Shown: positions 1 to 10,726, counted from the stretch's first letter. The stretch: DNA of 32,000 nt from Candidatus Arthromitus sp. SFB-mouse-Japan (GCF_000270205.1 NC_015913.1:780001-812000), one strand, 5' to 3'. Program-made: numbers and translations. Notes: a model not told the origin generated them from the letters alone.

Positions 1-3000
1 ATCAAGTAGATAAAAATTTTAATTATGAAATTATTTTAATAAAAAACTGCTATTCTAAATCTGTGGATGATTTTTTACATAATAATTATGATTCATTTCT
101 TGAGTATGTTAAGTTCACTAATCCAATATTTTATCCAGTTTTTTTTGTGAAACCTAATGTAGTTGATAGTAAACTGATTTATATATCGTCAAATAATTTT
201 ATAATAAATAAGTTTAATAACAATAATGTAAATATCGAGCTTGAAGGTTTTGTTAAATATTTCTTCAATATAGATGTGAATATAGAAATTGTTTATGGTA
301 ATCAGAAAGAAGATTTTATTAAAGATGATATAATTGTTGAAAATAAAACTATTGATTCTATCCCTAATGATCCAGTTTTTTTAAATAGTAAGGTTAAGGT
401 AGATAATAATAAGTACTCAGATGATAGTGTCATTGTTGGGAAACAAATTCTTGAAAATGCGATTGAGATATCTTCGATTACTATTCCTGAAAAAAATATA
501 GTTATTCAAGGATGTATCTTTAACCAAAAAGTTTTGACAACTAAAACAGGTAAAAAAATTCTTAATTTTTATATCAATGATGATACATCATCTATAAATG
601 TAAAGTATTTTTTGAGATTAAAAGATAATGAAAATATTTTAGACAAAGTGAAAAATGATTCCAATGTTAAAATTAAAGGTGAGGTTGTGATGGATAACTT
701 CACAAATGAATTAGCAATTATTGCGTATAATATTAGTTCTATTAGTAAGATAGAACGAAGAGATGATTATGGAGAAAAACGAATTGAATTACATTCTCAT
801 ACAAATCTTAGCACAATGGATTCTGTGATTAATGTTAATGCATTATTTAAAACTTTGAAAGATTGGGGACATAAATCAGTAGCAATTACTGATCATAATG
901 TAGTTCAAGCATATCCAAATGTTATGGATGCTTCTAAAAAGTTTGGGATTAAACCTATTTATGGTATAGAGATTAATATGGTTGATGATTTGAAACCATT
1001 AATTAATGATGATTTTGGTAAAACAATTAATGATACTTTTGTAGTTTTTGATATTGAAACCACGGGATTTTCAAATGTGAATGAAAAAATAATTGAGATT
1101 GGTGCTGTTAAAATTATAAATGGAGAAATTGTAGATGAATTTTCTACATTTGTTAATCCAGAGATGAATATACCGTATAAAATTACAGAATTAACATCAA
1201 TAAGTAATGAAATGGTAGCAGGTGCTCCTATTATTGAAAATATTATTGGAGAATTTTATGATTTTTGTTCTGGAGCAATACTTGTTGCTCACAACATAGA
1301 TTTTGATATGTCGTTTATTAGGAGAAATGGTAATAAATTTGGATATAGTTTTAAAAATTCTTTACTGGATACTATAGACATATGTAAATTCTTATTTCCT
1401 GAACTTAAGAGATATAGGTTAAATGTAGTTGCTAAACATTTAGCAATACCTCTTGATAATCATCATAGAGCGGTAGATGATGCTAAAGCAACAGCGATGA
1501 TTTTAATTAAATGTTTTGAGCGATTAAAATCACAAGAGATTTTGAGTTTAGAGGATCTGAATAAGAAGTATAGAGAAAATATACATATATCAAAAATTTT
1601 TACATATCAAACTGTATTGCTTGCAAAAGATTATAATGGTTTAAAAAATATATATAAGCTTGTATCTAAGGGTCATTTGGAATATTTTTTTAAGACATCG
1701 AGAATTCCAAAGAGTGAGATATTGAAGCACCGAGAAGGTATATTAATAGGTGCATCATTTAGAGAAGGAGAAATATTTAAGGCTATTACTGATTATTTAG
1801 ATGATGATAGGATTAATGATATAATAGACTTTTATGATTATTTTGAAATTTCTCCTCCTGTTAATTGTACAGAGCAGATTAGATCTGAGAGATTTAAAGA
1901 TTATAAAGAGATTGAAGATGTTATAAAGGAAATTTATAAGTTAGGGAAGAAAAATGAAAAATTAGTAGTTGCTGTTTCAAATGCTCATTATATAGAAAAG
2001 AAGGATAATATTTATAGAAATATTTTAAGGGTTTGTCAGAATTTTAAAGTAAATTTAGATGATACGAGTTTATATTTAAGAACTACTGATGAAATGTTTA
2101 AAGAGTTTGAATTTTTGTCAAAGGATGTTAGAGATGAAGTTATACTTTTAAATCCAAGCAAGATTAATGATATGGTTGATGAAATTTTGCCAATACCAAA
2201 TGGAACTTTTCCTCCTAAGATAGAAGGATCAGATGATGAGATAAGGATGATGGCTTATGAAAAGGCTCACTCTATTTATGGAGAAAATCTTCATCAAATA
2301 ATAAAAGATAGGCTTGATAAGGAATTGAATTCTATTATATCGAATGGATATGCTGTACTTTATTTAATTGCACATAAACTTGTTAAAAAGTCCTTAGACG
2401 ATGGATACTTAGTTGGTTCAAGAGGATCTGTTGGATCATCGATTGTTGCGACATTTTGTGGAATAACTGAGGTTAATGGACTTCCACCCCATTATGTTTG
2501 TCCAAAATGTAAGGACACAGAATTTATATCAGATGGTAGTGTTAATGCTGGAGTAGATTTACCATCAAAAGATTGTGTTAAATGTGGTACAAAATATTTA
2601 AGAGATGGATTTGATATTCCATTTGAAACCTTTTTAGGATTTGATGGAGATAAAGAGCCTGATATTGATTTAAATTTTTCTGGAGAATATCAACCATTGG
2701 TTCATAAATATACTGAGGAGTTATTTGGTAAAGGTTATGTGTTTAGAGCAGGCACTATTGGTACTATTGCTGATAAAACAGCCTATGGTTATGTTAAAAA
2801 ATACATAGAAGAAATGGGTATTAGAGTACCTCAACCAGAAATTGAGAGGTTATCCAAAGGATTAACGGGAGTTAAAAGAACAACTGGCCAACATCCAGGG
2901 GGTATAATGGTTGTACCTAAAGATAATGATATATTTAATTTTACACCGATACAACATCCAGCAGACGATATGGATGCAGATGTAATAACTACTCATTTTG

Positions 3001-4088
3001 ATTATCACTCAATAAGTGGACGTTTATTAAAACTTGATATTCTTGGACATGATGATCCAACTATGCTTAAGATGCTTAAAGATTTAACAGGATTGAATCC
3101 TCAAGAAATACCGTTAAATGATGAAAAAGTGCTTAGTTTATTTACTGGTATATCTGCTCTTAATATGGAGCCAGGATATATAGACTGTTCTGTAGGTACG
3201 CTTGGAATTCCTGAATTTGGGACTAAGTTTGTACGGCAAATGTTACTTGATACCAAGCCGACAACGTTTTCAGACCTTGTAAGAATATCGGGTTTATCAC
3301 ATGGAACAGATGTTTGGATTAATAATGCTCAGGAATTTATTATGAAAGGATATACAACACTTAAAGATTGTATATCCACAAGAGATGATATTATGGTTTA
3401 TTTGGTTTATAAAGGACTACCAGCTAAGAAAGCATTTGATATTATGGAAAGTGTGCGTAAAGGTAAAGGTCTAACAAAAGAATATGAGGATATAATGGCA
3501 GAAAATAAAATAGAGTCTTGGTATATTGAGTCTTGTAGAAGAATTAAGTATATGTTTCCTAAGGGTCATGCTGTAGCTTATGTTATGATGGCTGTTAGAA
3601 TTGCTTATTATAAGGTTTATTATCCGATTGAGTATTATACTGCTTATTTTACTGTTAGAGCTGATGAGTTTGATGCAAATTTAATTTGTAATGGAGCAGA
3701 GTTTATTAAAGAGAAAATTGGTCAATTAAATGCTTTAGGAAATAATTTAACTCAAAAAGATAAAGGACTTTTGACAGTACTTGAGATAGCTTTGGAAGCA
3801 TATGCACGAGGTGTTAAATTCTATAAGGTAGACTTATATAAATCACATTACAATGATTTTAAGATAGAAGATGGAGGAATACTTCCACCTATTAATGCAT
3901 TGCAAGGAGTTGGTGCTACAGCCGCAAAAAATTTATATGAGGCTGGTAGATTTTGTGAATTTATATCTATTCAGGATTTGAAAAATAGAGCAAAGGTATC
4001 TAAAACAGTAATTGAAACACTTCAGTCCCATGGATGTATAAGAGATTTGCCTGAAAATAATCAATTGTCAATGAATTTACAATTTTAG
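1..4088 (+). CDS. polC: DNA polymerase III, PolC type (5' partial; N-terminus upstream of window)
   Basis: The frame of the 63..4088 ORF stays open back to base 3 (QVDKNFNYEIILIKNCYSKS precedes the GTG at 63), so the gene is truncated by the window edge. PHP domain: IELHSHTNLSTMDS. DEDDh 3'-5' exonuclease insert: FVVFDIETTGFS, AHNIDFDMSFI, HRAVDDAKA. Zn finger: CPKCKDTEF...CVKCGTKY. Pol III alpha core: LDILGHDDPTMLK, FPKGHAVAYV. TAG stop at 4086-4088. Confidence 0.96.
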   Translation, partial: QVDKNFNYEIILIKNCYSKSVDDFLHNNYDSFLEYVKFTNPIFYPVFFVKPNVVDSKLIYISSNNFIINKFNNNNVNIELEGFVKYFFNIDVNIEIVYGNQKEDFIKDDIIVENKTIDSIPNDPVFLNSKVKVDNNKYSDDSVIVGKQILENAIEISSITIPEKNIVIQGCIFNQKVLTTKTGKKILNFYINDDTSSINVKYFLRLKDNENILDKVKNDSNVKIKGEVVMDNFTNELAIIAYNISSISKIERRDDYGEKRIELHSHTNLSTMDSVINVNALFKTLKDWGHKSVAITDHNVVQAYPNVMDASKKFGIKPIYGIEINMVDDLKPLINDDFGKTINDTFVVFDIETTGFSNVNEKIIEIGAVKIINGEIVDEFSTFVNPEMNIPYKITELTSISNEMVAGAPIIENIIGEFYDFCSGAILVAHNIDFDMSFIRRNGNKFGYSFKNSLLDTIDICKFLFPELKRYRLNVVAKHLAIPLDNHHRAVDDAKATAMILIKCFERLKSQEILSLEDLNKKYRENIHISKIFTYQTVLLAKDYNGLKNIYKLVSKGHLEYFFKTSRIPKSEILKHREGILIGASFREGEIFKAITDYLDDDRINDIIDFYDYFEISPPVNCTEQIRSERFKDYKEIEDVIKEIYKLGKKNEKLVVAVSNAHYIEKKDNIYRNILRVCQNFKVNLDDTSLYLRTTDEMFKEFEFLSKDVRDEVILLNPSKINDMVDEILPIPNGTFPPKIEGSDDEIRMMAYEKAHSIYGENLHQIIKDRLDKELNSIISNGYAVLYLIAHKLVKKSLDDGYLVGSRGSVGSSIVATFCGITEVNGLPPHYVCPKCKDTEFISDGSVNAGVDLPSKDCVKCGTKYLRDGFDIPFETFLGFDGDKEPDIDLNFSGEYQPLVHKYTEELFGKGYVFRAGTIGTIADKTAYGYVKKYIEEMGIRVPQPEIERLSKGLTGVKRTTGQHPGGIMVVPKDNDIFNFTPIQHPADDMDADVITTHFDYHSISGRLLKLDILGHDDPTMLKMLKDLTGLNPQEIPLNDEKVLSLFTGISALNMEPGYIDCSVGTLGIPEFGTKFVRQMLLDTKPTTFSDLVRISGLSHGTDVWINNAQEFIMKGYTTLKDCISTRDDIMVYLVYKGLPAKKAFDIMESVRKGKGLTKEYEDIMAENKIESWYIESCRRIKYMFPKGHAVAYVMMAVRIAYYKVYYPIEYYTAYFTVRADEFDANLICNGAEFIKEKIGQLNALGNNLTQKDKGLLTVLEIALEAYARGVKFYKVDLYKSHYNDFKIEDGGILPPINALQGVGATAAKNLYEAGRFCEFISIQDLKNRAKVSKTVIETLQSHGCIRDLPENNQLSMNLQF

Positions 4089-4136
4089 AGTGATTTTTTA
4101 CAGATAAGAACGTGATGGAAATAGAATCATAAAATC

Positions 4137-4186
4137 GAAATTCTCTGAAACCATTATAGATTGGTATCAGAGAATTTTTATTATTC
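4137..4186 (+). terminator. Rho-independent terminator downstream of polC
   Basis: GAAATTCTCTGA (4137-4148) pairs with TCAGAGAATTTT (4167-4178). An inner ACCA (4150-4153) / TGGT (4162-4165) extension leaves an 8-nt loop TTATAGAT. A T-rich run TTTTTATTATT starts at 4175. Confidence 0.8.
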
Positions 4187-4297
4187 CATTATAGATTCGC
4201 TTTGCTAAACACATAATACTAAAAAATGCAGATATTTCTACACTAGAAAAAGATTTAAATAATATATTAAACTAAATATAGTTCTAATATTAAATAG

Positions 4298-4326
4298 TTG
4301 CAATGAAAATATAACTGTGCTATAAT
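4298..4326 (+). promoter_or_regulatory. Sigma-A type promoter for the rimP-nusA-infB operon
   Basis: TTGCAA (4298-4303), a 17-nt spacer, then TATAAT (4321-4326) preceded by TGc (4318-4320), giving a perfect extended -10 TGnTATAAT. It lies 113 nt upstream of the rimP start. Confidence 0.6.
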
Positions 4327-4360
4327 TCGATAATACAATGTTTATTTGCATTATTTATTT

Positions 4361-4400
4361 GAGAGAGAGTAGGTTTTAAGACCTGCTCTCTCTGTATTTT
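4361..4400 (+). terminator. Leader (attenuator-type) intrinsic terminator hairpin in the rimP-nusA 5' UTR
   Basis: AGAGAGAGTAGGT (4362-4374) pairs with ACCTGCTCTCTCT (4381-4393), a 13-bp stem with one G-U pair and a 6-nt loop TTTAAG. It is followed by GTATTTTA, a short interrupted U-tract. It sits between the predicted promoter and the rimP RBS. Confidence 0.55.
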
Positions 4401-4438
4401 ACGATGGAAAATTTTTATAATAAAAGAGGAAGGTAGTT

Positions 4439-4900
4439 TTGGATAGTTTGGTTAACTTAATTAGAGAAAATATTAGTAGCTCTATAGATGATTTAGGATA
4501 TGAAATTTATCATATTGAGTATGTAAATGAACTTGGTCACAATTATCTAAGGGTAATGATTACCCATGAAGATATAAACGAGAAGATTACTGTTAAAGAT
4601 TGTGAGATTGTTGCAAAAACTATAAATTTCATTATAGATAGTCTTGAGATAAATGATAAATTCTTTTTGGAGGTATCTTCTCCTGGGATAAACAGGAAAT
4701 TATACACTTTAAAGCAAATGATGGATGCAATAAACAAGGTTGTTTGTGTTAGACTATCAAAAAGTTTCGAAGGTGTTAAGAAATATATTGGAATTTTAGT
4801 TAATGTTAATGATCATGGCATTAAAGTTAAAGTTGAAAATAGAGAGTTAGAATTTGACCTCAATATGATAAAAAATATAAATTTAGAGGAAATATCTTAG
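4439..4900 (+). CDS. rimP: Ribosome maturation factor RimP
   Basis: TTG start preceded by the RBS AGAGGAAGG. EVSSPGINRKL motif typical of RimP. Conserved position immediately upstream of nusA. Confidence 0.9.
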   Translation: MDSLVNLIRENISSSIDDLGYEIYHIEYVNELGHNYLRVMITHEDINEKITVKDCEIVAKTINFIIDSLEINDKFFLEVSSPGINRKLYTLKQMMDAINKVVCVRLSKSFEGVKKYIGILVNVNDHGIKVKVENRELEFDLNMIKNINLEEIS

Positions 4901-4910
4901 GGGGATATCC

Positions 4911-6071
4911 ATGAATAAAGAATTTATAGATGCACTTAAAACAATAGTTAAAGATAAAGGAATAAGTGAAGATCTAATCTTCACAACAATAGAGGATGCT
5001 CTCATAGCAGCATATAAAAAAAACTACGCAAATCAAGGAGCCTCTCAAAATGTAAAAGTAACAATGAATAGGGTTACTGGTGAAATAAAAGTTTTTGCAC
5101 AGAAGTTAATTGTAGAATCAATTAGATATTCTTCTTTAGAGATTGTTTTAGATGATTCTAGGAAAATAAGTCCTTACTATAATATTGGTGATATATGTGA
5201 TGTTGAGGTTACCCCAAAAAGCTTTGGACGTGTGGCAGCTACTCTTGCTAAGCAGGTAGTAACTCAGAGAATTAAAGAAGCAGAACGTGATTTGTTATAC
5301 AAGGAGTATGTGAAAAAGGAGTTCCAGATTATAACAGGTACGGTTCTTAGGAATGATAAAGACCATGTTTTTATTAACATAGGAAGAATTGAAACAATTT
5401 TGAGGACAAATGATAAAATTCCTAGAGAAAGATTTATGAGAAATGAGAAAATAAAACTTTATGTTTCAGAAGTTATAAATTCACCTAAGGGTACTCAAGT
5501 TCATGTATCAAGGACTGATCCTAATTTTGTGAAGAAGTTATTTGAATTAGAAGTTAGTGAGATACAGGAAGGCATCGTAGAGATTAAAAATATTGTCCGT
5601 GAAGCTGGTGCTAGAACAAAGATGGCAGTTTTCTCTAATATGGAAGAAGTCGATCCTGTGGGAGCATGTGTTGGAGAACAAGGACTTAGGGTAAGAAGCA
5701 TTGTTAACGAACTTAAAAATGAGAAAATTGATATTATAAAATGGAATGAAGATCCTGAGATATATATATCAAATGCTTTAAGTCCTGCTAATATATCTAA
5801 AATATCAATTGATCCAGAAAAAAAATTAGCTGATGTTGTAGTTGATGATTCTCAGCTTTCTTTAGCTATAGGTAAAGAAGGACAAAATGTGAGATTAGCT
5901 GCTAGATTAACAGGATGGAAGATAGATATAAAACCGTTATCGAAAGTTGAGAGTTTTTATGATGAAAATAATGAGAATGAAGAAGTTTTTAAAATTGAAG
6001 AGAACATTAAAAATGATGCAACTAAATTTGATGATGGCATATTCCAAGAGGAAATAGCTAATGAAGAATAG
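4911..6071 (+). CDS. nusA: Transcription termination/antitermination factor NusA
   Basis: N-terminal NusA domain, S1 region (IITGTVLRNDKDHVFINIG) and two KH domains (DPVGACVGEQGLRVRSIVNEL, SLAIGKEGQNVRLAARLTGWKIDIK). RBS GGGGGA lies upstream. Confidence 0.96.
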   Translation: MNKEFIDALKTIVKDKGISEDLIFTTIEDALIAAYKKNYANQGASQNVKVTMNRVTGEIKVFAQKLIVESIRYSSLEIVLDDSRKISPYYNIGDICDVEVTPKSFGRVAATLAKQVVTQRIKEAERDLLYKEYVKKEFQIITGTVLRNDKDHVFINIGRIETILRTNDKIPRERFMRNEKIKLYVSEVINSPKGTQVHVSRTDPNFVKKLFELEVSEIQEGIVEIKNIVREAGARTKMAVFSNMEEVDPVGACVGEQGLRVRSIVNELKNEKIDIIKWNEDPEIYISNALSPANISKISIDPEKKLADVVVDDSQLSLAIGKEGQNVRLAARLTGWKIDIKPLSKVESFYDENNENEEVFKIEENIKNDATKFDDGIFQEEIANEE

Positions 6072-6330
6072 GGGAGTTTTGTTTAGAAGATGTATTGGAT
6101 GTAATGAACGACGAAATAAGTATGAACTTATAAGAATATGTAGGACTCCAGATAAAATTGTTAAAATTGATGAAACTTATAAGTCTGATGGTAGAGGGGT
6201 ATATGTTTGTAAAGATAATCTGAAATGTTTAGAGAAAAGTATTAAGTTTAATAAGCTTTGCAGATCTTTGAAAATAGAAATTCCGTTAGAGGTTGTGAAT
6301 GAATTACAAAATAAATTAGGGAAAATTTAG
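6061..6330 (+). CDS. rnpM: YlxR/RnpM family RNA-binding protein (DUF448)
   Basis: 89 aa with [18 protein letters not shown] and GRGVYVC motifs. Overlaps the nusA stop by 11 nt. Canonical nusA-ylxR-infB position. Confidence 0.88.
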   Translation: MKNRGVLFRRCIGCNERRNKYELIRICRTPDKIVKIDETYKSDGRGVYVCKDNLKCLEKSIKFNKLCRSLKIEIPLEVVNELQNKLGKI

Positions 6331-6355
6331 AATTTATATTAGGGAGGTAGATTTT

Positions 6356-8500
6356 ATGTCCAAAGTTCGAATTTATGAGTTAGCGAAAGCTGTAAATAAA
6401 CCAAGTAAAGAGTTGATATCGATTCTTAAAAATGAGTTTGATGTAGATGTAAAAAATCATATGAGTGTTTTAAGTGATGAGGATAGTGAGTTAATAAAAG
6501 AATATTTTGAGATAAAGGATAAAGATTCTGTGTCGGAAAATGAAATGTCAATGGATTATGATAAATATCAAGAAAATGTTAATAGAAACGATATTGTTCA
6601 GGAATATGAAGAAATCATGATTGAACAAATAGATAAACAATCCTCAAAAAATAAGAATAAAAACAAAAATAATAGAAGACAGTCCTCATTGAAACACAAA
6701 AAAAATAATGTAGCAGCCAATGACAGTGGAGAAAATAATGGAATTATAGAAATTAGCAGAACTATAAGTGTCAAAGATCTTGCACAAAAACTTAATAAAT
6801 CAACAGCGGATGTTATTAAGAATTTAATGTTCTTGGGTTTGATGGTTTCAATAAATCAAGAAATAGACTTTGAGGTTGCAAAAAAACTTTGTGATAAATA
6901 CGAAGTTGAATGTGTTAAAAAAGAAGAAACTTCAAATGATGATAAATATGAATTAATTGGAAATTCAACTGAAACGAAATCAGAAAATTTATCAAAAAGG
7001 CCTCCAATAATTACTGTTATGGGTCACGTAGACCATGGAAAAACATCATTACTTGATTGTATAAGAAAAACAAATGTATCTCAAAAGGAAGCTGGTGGTA
7101 TAACTCAACACATTGGAGCTTATAAAGTTCAAGTTGGTGATGAAATTATAACATTTATAGATACACCAGGGCATGAAGCTTTCACCCAAATGAGAGCAAG
7201 AGGTGCAAAGGTTACAGATATAGTTATTCTTGTTGTTGCTGCAGATGATGGAATAATGCCTCAAACAGTTGAAGCTATAAATCATTGTAAATCTGCCAAT
7301 GTTCCAATAATAGTTGCTGTTAATAAAATTGATAAGCCTGAAGCGAATATTGATAAAGTTAAGCAAGAGCTTACTGAATATGAAATTATTGCTGAAGACT
7401 GGGGAGGTAGTACAGTATTTGTAAATGTTTCTGCTAAAACTGGAGAAGGTATAGATGAATTGTTAGAAATGATTATATTGACTGCAGATATACAGGAACT
7501 TACTGCAGATAAAAGTTCGCCAGCAAAGGGTACAGTTATAGAGTCTAGACTTGACAAAGGACGTGGACCTTTAGCAACTTTACTTGTTCAAGATGGAACT
7601 CTTAAAATTGGAGATTGTGTTGTTGTTGGTAATACATATGGTAAAATTAGAGCAATGTATGATGAAAATGATGTGCCAATGAAAGAAGCTGTACCATCAA
7701 TACCAGTACTTGTTCTTGGATTAAATGAAGTTCCAGATGCTGGAGATAGGTTTGAGTCTATAAAAGATGAAAAAGTTGCTAGGCAAATTTCAAATGATAG
7801 GAAACAGCAAATTAAAGATAGTCAGATGAATAATTCAAAAATATCACTTGAAACTGTTTATAGTCAAATTAAGGATGGAACTATAAAGGAGTTAAGTATA
7901 ATAGTTAAATCTGATGTTCAAGGATCTTCAGAGGCGTTAAAACAATCTTTAGAAAAATTATCATCTGAGAATATTAAAGTTAAGGTTATTCATAGTGCTG
8001 TTGGAGCAATAAACGAAAGTGATATTATATTTGCTAGTACATCAAATGCTATAATAATTGGATTTAATGTAAGACCTGATAATAACGCTCTTTTACTAGC
8101 TGACAAAGAGAAAGTTGATATAAGAACATATAGACTTATATATGAAGCTCTTGATGATATTAAATCAGCTATGATAGGACTTTTAGATCCAGATATTAAA
8201 GAGGTTTATCTTGGACGTGTTGAAATAAGACAATTATATAAAATATCAAATGTTGGAACAGTTGCAGGATGTTATGTTTTAGATGGTAAATTAACAAGAA
8301 ATTGTAATGTAAGAATTTTACGTCAAGGGGTTGTTATCTTTGAATCCAAGTTATCGTCGTTAAAGAGATTCAAAGATGATGTTAAAGAAGTTAATAAGGG
8401 ATATGAATGTGGTTTATCTATAGAAAATTTTAATGATTTAAAAGAAGAAGATATAATTGAAGGATTTGAAATGAAGGAATTTAAAAGAAATAACCTTTAA
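6356..8500 (+). CDS. infB: Translation initiation factor IF-2
   Basis: GTPase motifs [25 protein letters not shown] and SAKTG. Low-complexity K/N-rich N-terminal linker. Strong RBS AGGGAGG. Confidence 0.97.
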   Translation: MSKVRIYELAKAVNKPSKELISILKNEFDVDVKNHMSVLSDEDSELIKEYFEIKDKDSVSENEMSMDYDKYQENVNRNDIVQEYEEIMIEQIDKQSSKNKNKNKNNRRQSSLKHKKNNVAANDSGENNGIIEISRTISVKDLAQKLNKSTADVIKNLMFLGLMVSINQEIDFEVAKKLCDKYEVECVKKEETSNDDKYELIGNSTETKSENLSKRPPIITVMGHVDHGKTSLLDCIRKTNVSQKEAGGITQHIGAYKVQVGDEIITFIDTPGHEAFTQMRARGAKVTDIVILVVAADDGIMPQTVEAINHCKSANVPIIVAVNKIDKPEANIDKVKQELTEYEIIAEDWGGSTVFVNVSAKTGEGIDELLEMIILTADIQELTADKSSPAKGTVIESRLDKGRGPLATLLVQDGTLKIGDCVVVGNTYGKIRAMYDENDVPMKEAVPSIPVLVLGLNEVPDAGDRFESIKDEKVARQISNDRKQQIKDSQMNNSKISLETVYSQIKDGTIKELSIIVKSDVQGSSEALKQSLEKLSSENIKVKVIHSAVGAINESDIIFASTSNAIIIGFNVRPDNNALLLADKEKVDIRTYRLIYEALDDIKSAMIGLLDPDIKEVYLGRVEIRQLYKISNVGTVAGCYVLDGKLTRNCNVRILRQGVVIFESKLSSLKRFKDDVKEVNKGYECGLSIENFNDLKEEDIIEGFEMKEFKRNNL

Positions 8501-8521
8501 TTAATATAGAGGTGATAAATT

Positions 8522-8878
8522 TTGGGAAAATTTAGGATAGATAGAGTTAATGAGGAGATAAAGAAAGCGGTAAGTTCTTGTATACAAAATGATTTACGAG
8601 ATTCAAGAATTACAGGATTAATAACTGTAACAAGAGTTGACACTGCTACAGATTTTAAAACTACAAAGGTTTATTTAAGCATTTTTGATAAGAATAGAGA
8701 AGAGATATTTGAAATTTTAAAGAGATCTGTAGGGAAAATGAAGAGATCGATATCTCAAAATGTTAAAATTAGATTTACTCCTGAGATTGATTTGAGAATT
8801 GATAACTCGATAGAATATAGTTTTCATATTGATGAAATATTAAAGAAAACAAATAAAGAGGATTCTTGTAATGATTAA
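8522..8878 (+). CDS. rbfA: Ribosome-binding factor A
   Basis: TTG start with RBS GAGGTG. 118 aa. RVNEEIKKAVS and VTRVDTATDFKTTKVYLS are typical RbfA sequence. Conserved position after infB. Confidence 0.9.
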   Translation: MGKFRIDRVNEEIKKAVSSCIQNDLRDSRITGLITVTRVDTATDFKTTKVYLSIFDKNREEIFEILKRSVGKMKRSISQNVKIRFTPEIDLRIDNSIEYSFHIDEILKKTNKEDSCND

Positions 8879-9830
8879 TTTTGATAATATTAAATTGTTA
8901 ATTGAAGATTCTAAAAGTATAGGGCTCAGTTACCACGTATCACCTGATGGTGATGCAGTTGGTAGTTTGTTATCCTTGTATTTTGCGTTAAAAAAATTAA
9001 ACAAAGATGTTATGATTTTCTCTAAGGATGATCTAACTAATACTATTAATTTAAAATTTTTGCCGTTAATTAATGAAATAAATGGTGAAAATTATATTGT
9101 AACTTCGGATATTGATCTTTTAATAATTTTAGATTGTGGTAATATTGAAAGAATTTCATGTGAAGTTGATTTTGATAAAACTATAACGCTAGGAATTGAT
9201 CATCATATCAGTAATGATAGATATTGTAAATATAATTTTGTAGATGGTGGTGCTAGTTCTACGGGAGAAATTGTATTCGATGTTATAAAGAACTTGGGAG
9301 TTGAATTAGATCAAGATATTGCTAAATGTATATACACATCTATAATGACTGATACTGGTGGTTTAAGATTTGAATGCACATCACAAAAAACTTTTAATAT
9401 AGTTGGAGAGTTAATTGCTACCAAATTTGAATTTTGGAACATATATGAGCAATTATTTTTATATAAAACATTCTCTAAGGTTAAACTTTTGGGATTGGTT
9501 TATAATGAAATTAAGTTAATTGACAATCAAATTTGTGTTATACATGTAACAAATGAAATGTTAAATAAATCTAATTCAACTGATGAACAAACAAATGATA
9601 TTGTAAGTTATGGATTAACTATTGATGGTGTTAAGGCAAGTATTTTGATTAAGGATTTTAATGGTAAACATAAGGTTAGTTTAAGGAGCAAGAACTCTAT
9701 AAATGTTTGTAAAATAGCCCAGAAGTTTGGTGGCGGTGGACATATTAAGGCAGCTGCATTCGTTACAAATTTAAAAAGAGATGATATAGAAAGAGTATTG
9801 GTTGAGGAGTTTAGGAAACTTTTGAAATGA
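8871..9830 (+). CDS. nrnA: DHH/DHHA1 family phosphoesterase (NrnA-like oligoribonuclease/pAp phosphatase)
   Basis: DHH motifs HVSPDGDAVGS, ILDCG and GIDHHISN. DHHA1 motif GGGGHIKAAA. Overlaps rbfA by 8 nt. Usual rbfA-DHH-truB arrangement. Confidence 0.85.
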   Translation: MINFDNIKLLIEDSKSIGLSYHVSPDGDAVGSLLSLYFALKKLNKDVMIFSKDDLTNTINLKFLPLINEINGENYIVTSDIDLLIILDCGNIERISCEVDFDKTITLGIDHHISNDRYCKYNFVDGGASSTGEIVFDVIKNLGVELDQDIAKCIYTSIMTDTGGLRFECTSQKTFNIVGELIATKFEFWNIYEQLFLYKTFSKVKLLGLVYNEIKLIDNQICVIHVTNEMLNKSNSTDEQTNDIVSYGLTIDGVKASILIKDFNGKHKVSLRSKNSINVCKIAQKFGGGGHIKAAAFVTNLKRDDIERVLVEEFRKLLK

Positions 9831-10726
9831 TTAATGGAGTTATAAATATTTATAAACCTCAAAATATTACTTCAAATTATGTTGTAATTAGAATTAAAAA
9901 ATTATTAAATATAAAAAAGATAGGACATACTGGAACTTTAGATCCATTAGCTTGTGGTGTACTGCCAATTTGTATTGGTAGTGCAACTAAAATAAGTGAA
10001 TATTTACTTAATAAAGATAAAGTTTATAGTGTTAAAATTAAATTTGGTATTTTAACTGATACATATGACTGTGAAGGAAATATAACAAAAATGGATTTAG
10101 AGTTTATTCTAGATAAAAATAAATTATTAAATGTGTTAAATGGTTTTATTGGAGAACAGGAGCAGGTTCCACCAAATTATTCTGCTTTAAAAGTTAATGG
10201 TAAAAGAGCATATGAATTAGCAAGAGGAGGAATTGAATTTGAACTTAAATCTAGAAAAATAGTAGTTTATTTTATAAATAGTGTTGTAGTTAATGAAGAA
10301 AATAATGAGTGTTCTTTTACAATTAAATGTTCTAAGGGAACTTATATAAGAAGTTTGTGTAGAGATATAGCAAAAGCAATGGGTACATATGGGACAATAA
10401 CTTTTTTAGAGAGAGTCGAGAGTGGAGATTTTAAAAAGGATACTGCATTGGATTTTGAAACTATAGATTCCAAAAAAATTCGAGATAATTTAATTTTAAT
10501 AGATGATATTATTGATTATCCTAAGATTGAGATAAATGATCCAGATATTATAAAACTTTTAATGAATGGAGTTTCTGTTAAAAATCCAAAATATATACAC
10601 AAGATTGCTGAAGGAATATACTTATTATATACTAAAGGGAATTTAATAGGTATTTGTGAACGAAAGATGGTTTCTTTAAGAGTTATTAAATTTTTAAGTC
10701 AAGGTAATAGTTATGCAAATAATTAA
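9827..10726 (+). CDS. truB: tRNA pseudouridine(55) synthase TruB
   Basis: GHTGTLDPLACGVLPI carries the catalytic Asp. YSALKVNGKRAYELAR and KGTYIRSL motifs. ATGA start/stop overlap with the upstream gene. Confidence 0.94.
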   Translation: MINGVINIYKPQNITSNYVVIRIKKLLNIKKIGHTGTLDPLACGVLPICIGSATKISEYLLNKDKVYSVKIKFGILTDTYDCEGNITKMDLEFILDKNKLLNVLNGFIGEQEQVPPNYSALKVNGKRAYELARGGIEFELKSRKIVVYFINSVVVNEENNECSFTIKCSKGTYIRSLCRDIAKAMGTYGTITFLERVESGDFKKDTALDFETIDSKKIRDNLILIDDIIDYPKIEINDPDIIKLLMNGVSVKNPKYIHKIAEGIYLLYTKGNLIGICERKMVSLRVIKFLSQGNSYANN

